A program made the translations under genes and the position numbers. Shown here piece after piece: positions 45,417 to 53,004 of a stretch of 64,000 nucleotides of DNA; the first letter of the stretch is position 1, and the number at the start of each line of letters is the position of its first letter. Location of the stretch: positions 128,001 to 192,000 of the forward strand of contig JAPLVR010000006.1 of assembly GCA_026397015.1 (NCBI GenBank), in the 5' to 3' direction. The notes below the pieces were generated by a model. The model had not been told where the DNA came from. It saw nothing but the letters and a program-made list of their open reading frames with translations, and did no database searches. The DNA is from Candidatus Iainarchaeum sp. (lineage in GTDB: Archaea; Iainarchaeota; Iainarchaeia; Iainarchaeales; JAAZKV01).

Positions 45417-45593
45417 GCGACCGTAGTCTAACGGTTATGATTCAACCTTGCCAACGGCCTTTTTAGAAAAAAGGCCGGCGAAAAAAACTGGCGAAAATGC
45501 TTCGCACCAGCAGTCTTTATGAAAAAGATCAACAAAAAAATTAGAAAAAAGAGCAACCAGGTTGAGGCCCGGGTCCAATTCCCGGCGGTCGCA
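45417..45593 (+). tRNA. tRNA-Gly(GCC) with 105-nt intron at 37/38 (45454-45558)
   Basis: Acceptor GCGACCG/CGGTCGC, anticodon stem CAACC/GGTTG, central helix TTGC/GCAA with CC|A bulge; atypical T loop TCCAATT. Confidence 0.88.
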
Positions 45594-45617
45594 TTACTCA
45601 AAAAAATTGGTGGTTAA

Positions 45618-45761
45618 ATGCAGAAAAAATTTGTCAAAATCTGCTCGAAGTGCAGAAGCGAAAACATAAAGCAAAGACTTCCGCAAATCACGAATTCTTG
45701 GATATGCAACAACTGCGGAAACACAAATTTTAGCCCAATTGAAATAAAGAAAGGAAAATAA
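45618..45761 (+). CDS. 47-aa zinc-ribbon protein, not in ORF track
   Basis: SD GGTGG; MQKKFVKICSKCRSENIKQRLPQITNSWICNNCGNTNFSPIEIKKGK* (CxxC...CxxC). Confidence 0.75.
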   Translation: MQKKFVKICSKCRSENIKQRLPQITNSWICNNCGNTNFSPIEIKKGK

Positions 45762-45777
45762 GTGAAAAAGTGATTGA

Positions 45778-46434
45778 ATGAGAACAAAAATAGCATTAAT
45801 TTTCGGGCTTGTCCTGCTTTCATTCGCCATCGCAATTTATTCATACCAATTCATGCCGGACCAAATGGCTTCCCACTGGGGAATAAGCGGCGAGGCGAAC
45901 GGCTATTCGGACAAAATGTTCGCGACATTTTCAATCCCTGTGCTTATCGCTGTTTTTACGGCGATTTTTTTGCTTCTGCCAAAAATCGACCCCATGAAGG
46001 AGAACATAAAAAAATTCTATTCTTATTATGAAAAATTTGTAATTGTTTTTATCGGGTTCATGCTTTTTTTGCAAATAATGATGCTGCTGTGGAATGCCGG
46101 CATGAAAATAAGCTTTAATTTAATCCTTCCGATTGCGATGGGCGCGCTATTTTACTTTTTGGGAATTCTGCTCGAAAAGGCGAAAAGAAACTGGACTATA
46201 GGGATAAGGACTCCGTGGACGATGAGCAGCGAAAAAGTTTGGAACAAGACGCACAAGCTGGCGGGAAAGGTGTTTCGCGCAGCCGGAATAATTTCCATAA
46301 TCGGAGTGCTAATTCCGGTATATTCATTCCTTTTCGTAATATTTCCCGTAATGCTGGCTGCGACATATCTGATAATTTATTCATGTTTGGAATACAAGAA
46401 GGAACCGAAAGGGAAACGCAGAACTAAACGATAG
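45778..46434 (+). CDS. SdpI/DUF1648 family membrane protein
   Basis: ASHWGISGEANG, NWTIGIRTPWT and WNKTHKLAG. Confidence 0.92.
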   Translation: MRTKIALIFGLVLLSFAIAIYSYQFMPDQMASHWGISGEANGYSDKMFATFSIPVLIAVFTAIFLLLPKIDPMKENIKKFYSYYEKFVIVFIGFMLFLQIMMLLWNAGMKISFNLILPIAMGALFYFLGILLEKAKRNWTIGIRTPWTMSSEKVWNKTHKLAGKVFRAAGIISIIGVLIPVYSFLFVIFPVMLAATYLIIYSCLEYKKEPKGKRRTKR

Positions 46435-46963
46435 ATATCTGAATTTTTTTGTTTACATCAAAAGATCCCGGAACGTCCAAGGAAGCTGCGAGTTCCCACC
46501 TTATCGGACCGGGAGACTGGGAAAATGGCTGAAGGGCTTTCAAAACATTTATGACGCCGTTTTGTGGCACATTTCCCTGATTAAGCGCGGGAGCGCTAAT
46601 TTCAAACGAATACTCTGAAAAACCCGAATATTCCTTTTCTCCGTCAAGAACAGCCTTGAACTCATAAACAACAACATCCTTGATATCGTATTCCATTGAA
46701 TACCTTCCCTGATTTCTGGAGGACTGTGAATTTATTCCAAAATCACGAGGCCCCATCGGGTCGAGTCCACTGCCGGCTCTTCTGTCTGTAACGGTCCTGA
46801 CGACCTGCTGTTTTTGCGTTCCAGAAAGGGCCACTCTCAACTCGCGGGCCTTTTTCGGGGAATTCAATGTCAACAAAAGCTTTCCCGTTATCAATTCGCC
46901 GGAAGAATAATTCTGCTTCGGAAGTTGAATTTCAATTTTTCCTTCGCCAAACCCAAAAACCAT
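46424..46963 (-). CDS. SpoOM/arrestin-N-like hypothetical protein
   Basis: FGFGEGKIEIQL..NYSSGELITG, YSFEI and WELAASLDVP pattern. Confidence 0.65.
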   Translation of the reverse strand: MVFGFGEGKIEIQLPKQNYSSGELITGKLLLTLNSPKKARELRVALSGTQKQQVVRTVTDRRAGSGLDPMGPRDFGINSQSSRNQGRYSMEYDIKDVVVYEFKAVLDGEKEYSGFSEYSFEISAPALNQGNVPQNGVINVLKALQPFSQSPGPIRWELAASLDVPGSFDVNKKIQISIV

Positions 46964-46991
46964 CAAATTCCCCCTAAAAAAATAAATTTTG

Positions 46992-47954
46992 TTACCTGCT
47001 TCTTTTTTTTCCAAAATTTTTTGCCTTTCCAGCTTTTTTCCTAACGCGCCCGCGCCCAAGTTTTTTCGGGTAAAGGACCCTCCATGCAAGGATCCTCTTT
47101 ATCCTAGTTGAAGAATCGTGATGCTTTACAACCTGCAAATAAATTTTTGAGATTGCAAACCAGTAGCCCACAATGAAAACAGAAACGCCGAAAGCGGCTC
47201 CAATGTGCCTCGCCAACTCAAGGTCAGCACTAAGCGAAGAACCCAAAATCGCGTGAAGCCCGAAAAAAAGCAAAATTATATTTGCAACGGCGCCCGCGAA
47301 AAATGAAGTGATCGCGCAAAGCACGAATAAGAACAGCAGCACGAACACGAGCGCAATAAAAATTTCTTTTTCCCTTTGATGGGTGAGGCGCCACGACTCG
47401 AGAATTGCATCTTTAATTTTTATCCCTTTATTAATCAAAATAAGCGTCGGAAAAAGCAGCCTAATGGAACTATACAAGACGCACAAAAAGTAAATAATTG
47501 AAAGGAAAATAAGAGAATACGCGAGAAGCTCCGACCGCACAACTGAGGCGGCGTAATTCGTAAGCAAAATCCCCATTAGGGAAAGAAGCTGAATAACCCT
47601 GTATCGCTTTTCAAGATTCCAAACAAGAAGATACCAAAGCTCTAAAATTTGAAGAAAAAAAACATCAACGATTTTGAAAACCGAAATTTTTATTGATTGA
47701 AAGCCGGAGTTTTTAAGCGAAACCCTGATTAGGCAAACCATTCCCGCAAAGACAAGTGCCTGTGCAACGTAATAAATGTCGCTGAAAATCGCTTCGGCTT
47801 CATAAGAGAAATAAAACTGCCCCCAAAAAATTTCGACCATTCTTTCAAGGACGAAAATAAGCAGGAACATTATGAAAAAGAAAAGCAGGTACATTTTCGC
47901 TTTTCCATGGAGAACCCACTTGTATGTGGATTCAATAACCGCCTCGTAATCCAT
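46992..47954 (-). CDS. Multi-pass membrane protein
   Basis: Several TM helices; DAILESWRLT motif. Confidence 0.75.
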   Translation of the reverse strand: MDYEAVIESTYKWVLHGKAKMYLLFFFIMFLLIFVLERMVEIFWGQFYFSYEAEAIFSDIYYVAQALVFAGMVCLIRVSLKNSGFQSIKISVFKIVDVFFLQILELWYLLVWNLEKRYRVIQLLSLMGILLTNYAASVVRSELLAYSLIFLSIIYFLCVLYSSIRLLFPTLILINKGIKIKDAILESWRLTHQREKEIFIALVFVLLFLFVLCAITSFFAGAVANIILLFFGLHAILGSSLSADLELARHIGAAFGVSVFIVGYWFAISKIYLQVVKHHDSSTRIKRILAWRVLYPKKLGRGRVRKKAGKAKNFGKKRSR

Positions 47955-48012
47955 GCTTAAATAACACTTTTCTTATTATTAAGAATTACCTTAAACCAAA
48001 ATTGCAAAAAAT

Positions 48013-48645
48013 CTAGTGAAGGGCTTCATCCAAAAAAGGCTTTATTTGGGCAAAAACCTCCTCAATCGGGACATTCGCGTCAATCACCTTTATATTTTCC
48101 TCCGGAAGAAGCTTTGGTTGCCCCAAAAAAAGCCCCCTCAAATTTGAAATGAACCCAATGCTTCGAAATTTGTCGGATTCTTTTCTTTTTTCCGACTTTT
48201 CGGAATGCATGCGCCTATGGGCTTCTTTCGGATTAACGTCAAGAATCAGGGCTAAATCGGGCGCCAAAAAGTTTTTGTGTGCGGCAAAAACTTTGTTAAA
48301 ATCTTTTCCCTGTGCTGTTTGGTAGGCAATGCTCGAATATTTGTAGCGGTCGCAAATCACGACAAAATTTTTTTCCAAAGAAGGTTTGATGATATTTTCA
48401 ATATGCCACTTTCTGTCATCCACAAAAAGCTGGAATATTTCTTCGGCATAATCCGCCGAAGATTTCTGCTTTTTGAAATATTCTCTCAATTTTAATCCGT
48501 GCGGGCCGCGCGTGGGCTCATCCGTTATGAGAATATTGTCATACTTTTTGCTTTTATCATAAATGTATTCGAAAGTTTTCTTCACCATGGTTCCTTTGCC
48601 GCAGCCTGAAATGCCGTCAAAAACAATAAAAGTCCCCTTCCTCAT
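48013..48645 (-). CDS. tmk: Thymidylate kinase
   Basis: FIVFDGISGCGKGT, EPT, CDRYKYSSIAYQ and PDL. Confidence 0.92.
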   Translation of the reverse strand: MRKGTFIVFDGISGCGKGTMVKKTFEYIYDKSKKYDNILITDEPTRGPHGLKLREYFKKQKSSADYAEEIFQLFVDDRKWHIENIIKPSLEKNFVVICDRYKYSSIAYQTAQGKDFNKVFAAHKNFLAPDLALILDVNPKEAHRRMHSEKSEKRKESDKFRSIGFISNLRGLFLGQPKLLPEENIKVIDANVPIEEVFAQIKPFLDEALH

Positions 48646-48672
48646 CAAACCACTGCCAACGCAATATCCTCT

Positions 48673-49317
48673 TTATTTGTCCAAAACCCTTTTTACCCCT
48701 TTCCAAACCATTTCGTGAATTGCTTCAATTGAAAGAAGCTTTTCCTTTTCAACACAGGAAATTTTTTTCCAACCCAACTTTTCAGTATTGCGTTCGTACT
48801 CCCCGAAAATCGCGCGCTGAAAATTAGAATCCGATTCATGCTGGTCTTTTTTTTGATTTCTGCCATTCATTAATTTTTCAGCGATATTCGGCGGAACGGA
48901 AAGAACCAGCACCAAATCCGGTTTTGGCAATTTTTTACAAACAAAATTAATCCACTCCCGCAAAGAATCTTTTTCGTTTTCTTTTGCAAGCGCGACCTGA
49001 TAAGTAAGGGTCGAGGTAAAATACCTGCTCATCAAAACGGTTTTTCCTTCAGAGAGCGCATTTTCAATCTGTTTTTTTGATTCATAAAAATCGGCCATAT
49101 AAAGCAGGGAGATGAATTCTGCCGGCAAATCCTCTTTTCTGCCAAATTTTCCTTCCAAGTAATCGTCGACAACCTTTCCGAAAGAAACTCCGTGCTTCGG
49201 AAAATGCATTTGAACAAGCCGGGCGCCTTCTTTTTGCAAATGTTCCGCAAGAAGATTTAGCTGAGTTGTTTTGCCGGAAGCATCCGTGCCTTCCAAAACA
49301 ATTAATTTTCCTTTCAT
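48673..49317 (-). CDS. tmk: Thymidylate kinase paralog
   Basis: LIVLEGTDASGKTTQ, FP, SRYFTSTLTYQ, PKPDL and DQHE. Confidence 0.88.
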   Translation of the reverse strand: MKGKLIVLEGTDASGKTTQLNLLAEHLQKEGARLVQMHFPKHGVSFGKVVDDYLEGKFGRKEDLPAEFISLLYMADFYESKKQIENALSEGKTVLMSRYFTSTLTYQVALAKENEKDSLREWINFVCKKLPKPDLVLVLSVPPNIAEKLMNGRNQKKDQHESDSNFQRAIFGEYERNTEKLGWKKISCVEKEKLLSIEAIHEMVWKGVKRVLDK

Positions 49318-49430
49318 CTGGAATCCAAAAAGCAGTGAAGCTCCATCCCCTTAAAAAACCATTTCTTGAATTTCACGCCCGAGAGACAAATTTAAAAAAG
49401 AAACCAAAGCTAATCTATCTGATGCAAGTC

Positions 49431-49531
49431 GACAGCTTCGCTGTCAAAGTGTCATTGCGAAGCAATGGCGCGTGTAATGCATGATTCGGATGCATACACA
49501 CCAAGAAAGTGCCATCGACGTACGATGGCAC
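49431..49531 (+). repeat. Chain of four hairpins upstream of tRNA-Gly(TCC)
   Basis: GACAGC-TTC-GCTGTC, GTGTCATTGC-GAA-GCAATGGCGC, GTGT(A)ATGCAT...ATGCATACAC and GTGCCATCG-ACGTA-CGATGGCAC. Confidence 0.75.
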
Positions 49532-49552
49532 GCGTAACGCATATGCAATAGC

Positions 49553-49719
49553 GCGTCCGTGATGTAACGGTAGCATGAAAGCCTTCCATCGGCCTTTTTC
49601 AAAGGCCGGCGAAAAGCACTGTCTTCGCCTTCGGCTCGACAGAGCGTGCTTCGCAGGTTTTGATTTAAAAAAAGGATTGAAGAAAGCTTTCCGTTGGGGT
49701 TCAAATCCCCACGGGCGCA
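49553..49719 (+). tRNA. tRNA-Gly(TCC) with 96-nt intron at 37/38 (49589-49684)
   Basis: Acceptor GCGTCCG/CGGGCGC, anticodon stem AAAGC/GCTTT, central helix CTTC/GAAG with AA|A bulge, T loop TTCAAAT. Confidence 0.9.
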
Positions 49720-49776
49720 TATAATTGGAAATAATTGAACGACTGCCAAGACTTTATCAAAAGTCGCAACATTAAA

Positions 49777-50508
49777 TTACAAGTCATACAAAAGTATTGT
49801 CTTTGTTTCAGGAATGTAAAACATATTGTGCGTCCCAATATCACAATATACCGGGAGCTTTGCAGATTCCACCGCTTTTTTAAGCTTCAACATTGCCATG
49901 AAAGCCGGCACGAATCTGATTTTGCTGTCGCGTAGTTGGACAACCTCACCTTTGTTAAAAAAATCAGTCACGAAATACATCGACCCTCCGCCCCTACCAT
50001 AAATTACATTGGGTTTTATTGTACGAATATTGATTTTCCCGATTCTGTGATTAATACTTTCCAATACCCCTTCCATTTGCAAATACGCATTTGCTGTCCT
50101 TTCCACATCCATTCCCGGAGGATATGTTTTGACAAAAAACTCTTTATTGCCCGCAGTTACTTTAAGAAGCATTTCATGCATCGACCCAAGATCGGTGCCA
50201 GTGGCGCCGTGTTGAATTTTAATGCCCCTTTTTCGATCGGAAATTATTTCGCCTTTTTCCAGACGTTTTTTATTTTTTTCAATCAATCGGTATGTTGGTA
50301 TCAGAATCCCTTTGTTTTTTCTAACAAAATCTTTCATTTCTGGGGAATATGCAAATAAATTTTTTTTGGGAAGTGCGTACCGGCCCCTCTTTCGCGTTAT
50401 TCTCAAATTGGTTTTATTCATTGCAACATTTGAGGCAACTACTTTTGGTGCAGTAACCAATGTTTTAAGCCGTTTTCTGAGCCATTTTTTAATCCCAGTA
50501 AATGCCAT
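49777..50508 (-). CDS. Orphan protein with basic N-terminus and minimal kinase-like domain
   Basis: GATGTDLGS, FFVK, DIGTHN and LLYDL at the extreme C-terminus; start moved to MAFTG. Confidence 0.6.
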   Translation of the reverse strand: MAFTGIKKWLRKRLKTLVTAPKVVASNVAMNKTNLRITRKRGRYALPKKNLFAYSPEMKDFVRKNKGILIPTYRLIEKNKKRLEKGEIISDRKRGIKIQHGATGTDLGSMHEMLLKVTAGNKEFFVKTYPPGMDVERTANAYLQMEGVLESINHRIGKINIRTIKPNVIYGRGGGSMYFVTDFFNKGEVVQLRDSKIRFVPAFMAMLKLKKAVESAKLPVYCDIGTHNMFYIPETKTILLYDL

Positions 50509-50650
50509 GTAATAATTTATGGACTGGTTGCTTTTATTGTTTTCGTTTATGATGCAAACTGCATTAATGCACAAACCCAGAAACCAAAAGCCTAATAAAC
50601 GCCCAAAGCCATACTTATTTCACAGTGCTGCAAATTGACATGGTGAAAAA

Positions 50651-51148
50651 ATGAGGCCCAAAATCATGAAACGCGTTTTACGGACCAAACCTGAAGCGGC
50701 AAAACAGCCGACTCCGGGAAAATGGGCCGAATTTGAAAGGGCAAGCGAAATTGCGGAAAGACGGCTCATTGGAAAAATTGCGCTGAGCCGCGCGGGCATA
50801 AAGAAAATTCCGAAATGGGAACAGCTCATGGGTTCAATTCAAAAATTCGAAGCGAGCAGAAAAACAGCGGCGTCAAGGTATTCGCGCGGGAAGCTAAAAG
50901 CCAGAAGCCTGGCGGATGCATATGCGAAAGAGCGGACCAAGTTTGAAAGGGATGTCTGCTCCGTTTTGGGAACGGAAAAGGGCAAAAAATTCCTCAGGCG
51001 ATTTGACAAAATAAAAAAAGAAATGGAAAAAATAAAATGGGAAATTCACAAGAGCGAAATTAATGGATTCATTAAAGCGACCGGAAGGAACCCCTATCCT
51101 GAAGCAAAAAAACGAAATAATAACCCTAATAAACCCCCGAAGCGCTAA
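50651..51148 (+). CDS. Orphan basic protein
   Basis: SD GGTGA; starts MRPKIMKR; K/R-rich and helical. Confidence 0.7.
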   Translation: MRPKIMKRVLRTKPEAAKQPTPGKWAEFERASEIAERRLIGKIALSRAGIKKIPKWEQLMGSIQKFEASRKTAASRYSRGKLKARSLADAYAKERTKFERDVCSVLGTEKGKKFLRRFDKIKKEMEKIKWEIHKSEINGFIKATGRNPYPEAKKRNNNPNKPPKR

Positions 51149-51162
51149 TTTGTCTGATACTG

Positions 51163-52299
51163 ATGAGTTTGAAAGCGAGGGGGTTGGTGGATTACTTCAA
51201 AAACAAGCAGGCGCTTTCAAGAAGGCTTAACGCACTCGGACTGAACAAAAAAATTGTAAATACGAGAAAGAGAAGCGTTTCAAAAAAAGAGCTCATTCTT
51301 GAAAGAATTAAAAGGGCGCAGGCGGCAGGCAGACAAATGAGAAAAGGAACGATTACGCCAGAAGAGCTTTCAATAAGAATCGGGGCGGAAGTGAAAGGCG
51401 CAAAAAAAAGCCAGATTCAAAAACATGGAATAAGGCTGCTTGGATATAAAGTGGGAACGGACCCGATTGAAAGAGTTGCGTTTGAAGAAAGATTTAGGCG
51501 GCTGAAAAGAGAAACCAAACTAAGCGACAGGCAGATAAGGCTCCTTCTTGGAAAAGAACGGATGTACGGAAGGCAGCTTAAAAGAAGCGACTTTCAAAAG
51601 GAGCACTGGCGGACTGTAAGGGAAGGAATAAATTTTGCAGTTAACCTAATGACACAGCACCTCCCGCCGGCTGAAAGGAAAAAAATAATTGAGCAGGCCA
51701 AAAAAAAGAAGCTTTATCTGCTTTCGGCGCGGGATTTTTTAACCGAAGCAACTTCCAAGGGGGTCCTGAGGGAATTAAAGACCACGCTCGGAGAAATTAA
51801 GAACGAACATTTAACGGACACCATGCACACCCCGAGGTATGGAAAAATAAGTTTTTCACAGGATTGGCTAGGGTACATCAAATCCGATGAATACTATGAA
51901 AAAAAGGATATTTACAATGTGGTGCATGAAACCATGCACTGGCTGAACAACAAAATTGACATTAAGGATGTTCCGTTCGGAGAAGCAGCCGCGGTGGCAT
52001 GGGGAATGGAAAAAGGAATTTGGAAATTCGACAAAAAAATCGGCGAGCCGACCAAAGAAACATTCGACCGCGTACCAAAAGAGGAACCTGACTGGAGCTA
52101 CGATGCAGGAATAAAAATCGGGCAATGGGCATACACCAACATGGAAAAAAACTGGCCGAATTACCTCTATCTGCGCTCCGTCGGAAATTCGCATGAACAC
52201 GCGATAAGAATAATTGGGAACGGAAAAATGAAAGAAGCGGTTGAAGCGGCCAGACAGAAATATTTGAAGAAGAAAAGAGAAGGAAAAATAAAAATTTGA
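51163..52299 (+). CDS. Orphan zincin-like (HExxH) protein with long basic N-terminus
   Basis: VVHETMHWL...FGEAAA...SYDAG. Confidence 0.75.
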   Translation: MSLKARGLVDYFKNKQALSRRLNALGLNKKIVNTRKRSVSKKELILERIKRAQAAGRQMRKGTITPEELSIRIGAEVKGAKKSQIQKHGIRLLGYKVGTDPIERVAFEERFRRLKRETKLSDRQIRLLLGKERMYGRQLKRSDFQKEHWRTVREGINFAVNLMTQHLPPAERKKIIEQAKKKKLYLLSARDFLTEATSKGVLRELKTTLGEIKNEHLTDTMHTPRYGKISFSQDWLGYIKSDEYYEKKDIYNVVHETMHWLNNKIDIKDVPFGEAAAVAWGMEKGIWKFDKKIGEPTKETFDRVPKEEPDWSYDAGIKIGQWAYTNMEKNWPNYLYLRSVGNSHEHAIRIIGNGKMKEAVEAARQKYLKKKREGKIKI

Positions 52300-52321
52300 A
52301 AAAAACAATCTGGGCGGGAAA

Positions 52322-52933
52322 ATGGGTCCGAGAAAAGGCAAGCTGAAAATTTTGAAAGGAAAATTTGGCGGCAGGGGAGAGCCGCGCTATATCCTCGCCA
52401 TTACAAGACCGGGGGAAATAGCCGAAGGGAGAGCGCTTGAGGAAAAAATCAGGAAAAGGCCGCTCTTTCAGAAAAAATTTCCCAGACAAATGTGGACGCC
52501 CGAAGTGGTTGAGGGCTGCATGAACCCCGGGCAGAAGCGATTGAATGAAATGTTTGCAAAGCTTTTCCCTTCAAAAAAATTATGGAAAAGCATTGCAAAA
52601 GGACGCTGGTACCCGGACACCAATCAAATCGGCGAAGTAGAATGTTTTGCAACAATCCATGCTATGAAATCACTTCCCGGAATAACCGAAATGCAGCGAA
52701 AAAAAATAATCAAATTTGCAAATCTGCAAAAAAAAGAGCAGATGCTGCTGCCGATGCAAAAAGCCGCGGCAATACTCGAAATGGAAATAGGGAAGGAATA
52801 TTATAACGAATTGATGGCGAGGAGAAACGAGGTTGCAAATTGGATGCTTGACGTTATGCGAATCAAAGTATGGGAAATCGCAAAGGAAAAAGAGGTCTCG
52901 TACAGGCAGCCTTTGTTGGGCAGGGGATATTAA
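52322..52933 (+). CDS. Orphan basic protein
   Basis: 203-aa ORF starting MGPRKGK. Confidence 0.7.
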   Translation: MGPRKGKLKILKGKFGGRGEPRYILAITRPGEIAEGRALEEKIRKRPLFQKKFPRQMWTPEVVEGCMNPGQKRLNEMFAKLFPSKKLWKSIAKGRWYPDTNQIGEVECFATIHAMKSLPGITEMQRKKIIKFANLQKKEQMLLPMQKAAAILEMEIGKEYYNELMARRNEVANWMLDVMRIKVWEIAKEKEVSYRQPLLGRGY

Positions 52934-53004
52934 CAAAACAAAAAAGGCAGGCGGCTTTTTTCAGACAGGCAAGTATTATAAAGGATTGAAGCGGGAATAT
53001 TTGT

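Noticed and set aside
49415-49749. Two 101-aa minus-strand ORFs
   Set aside because: They are antisense to tRNA-Gly(TCC) and its hairpin leader and have no protein-like features.
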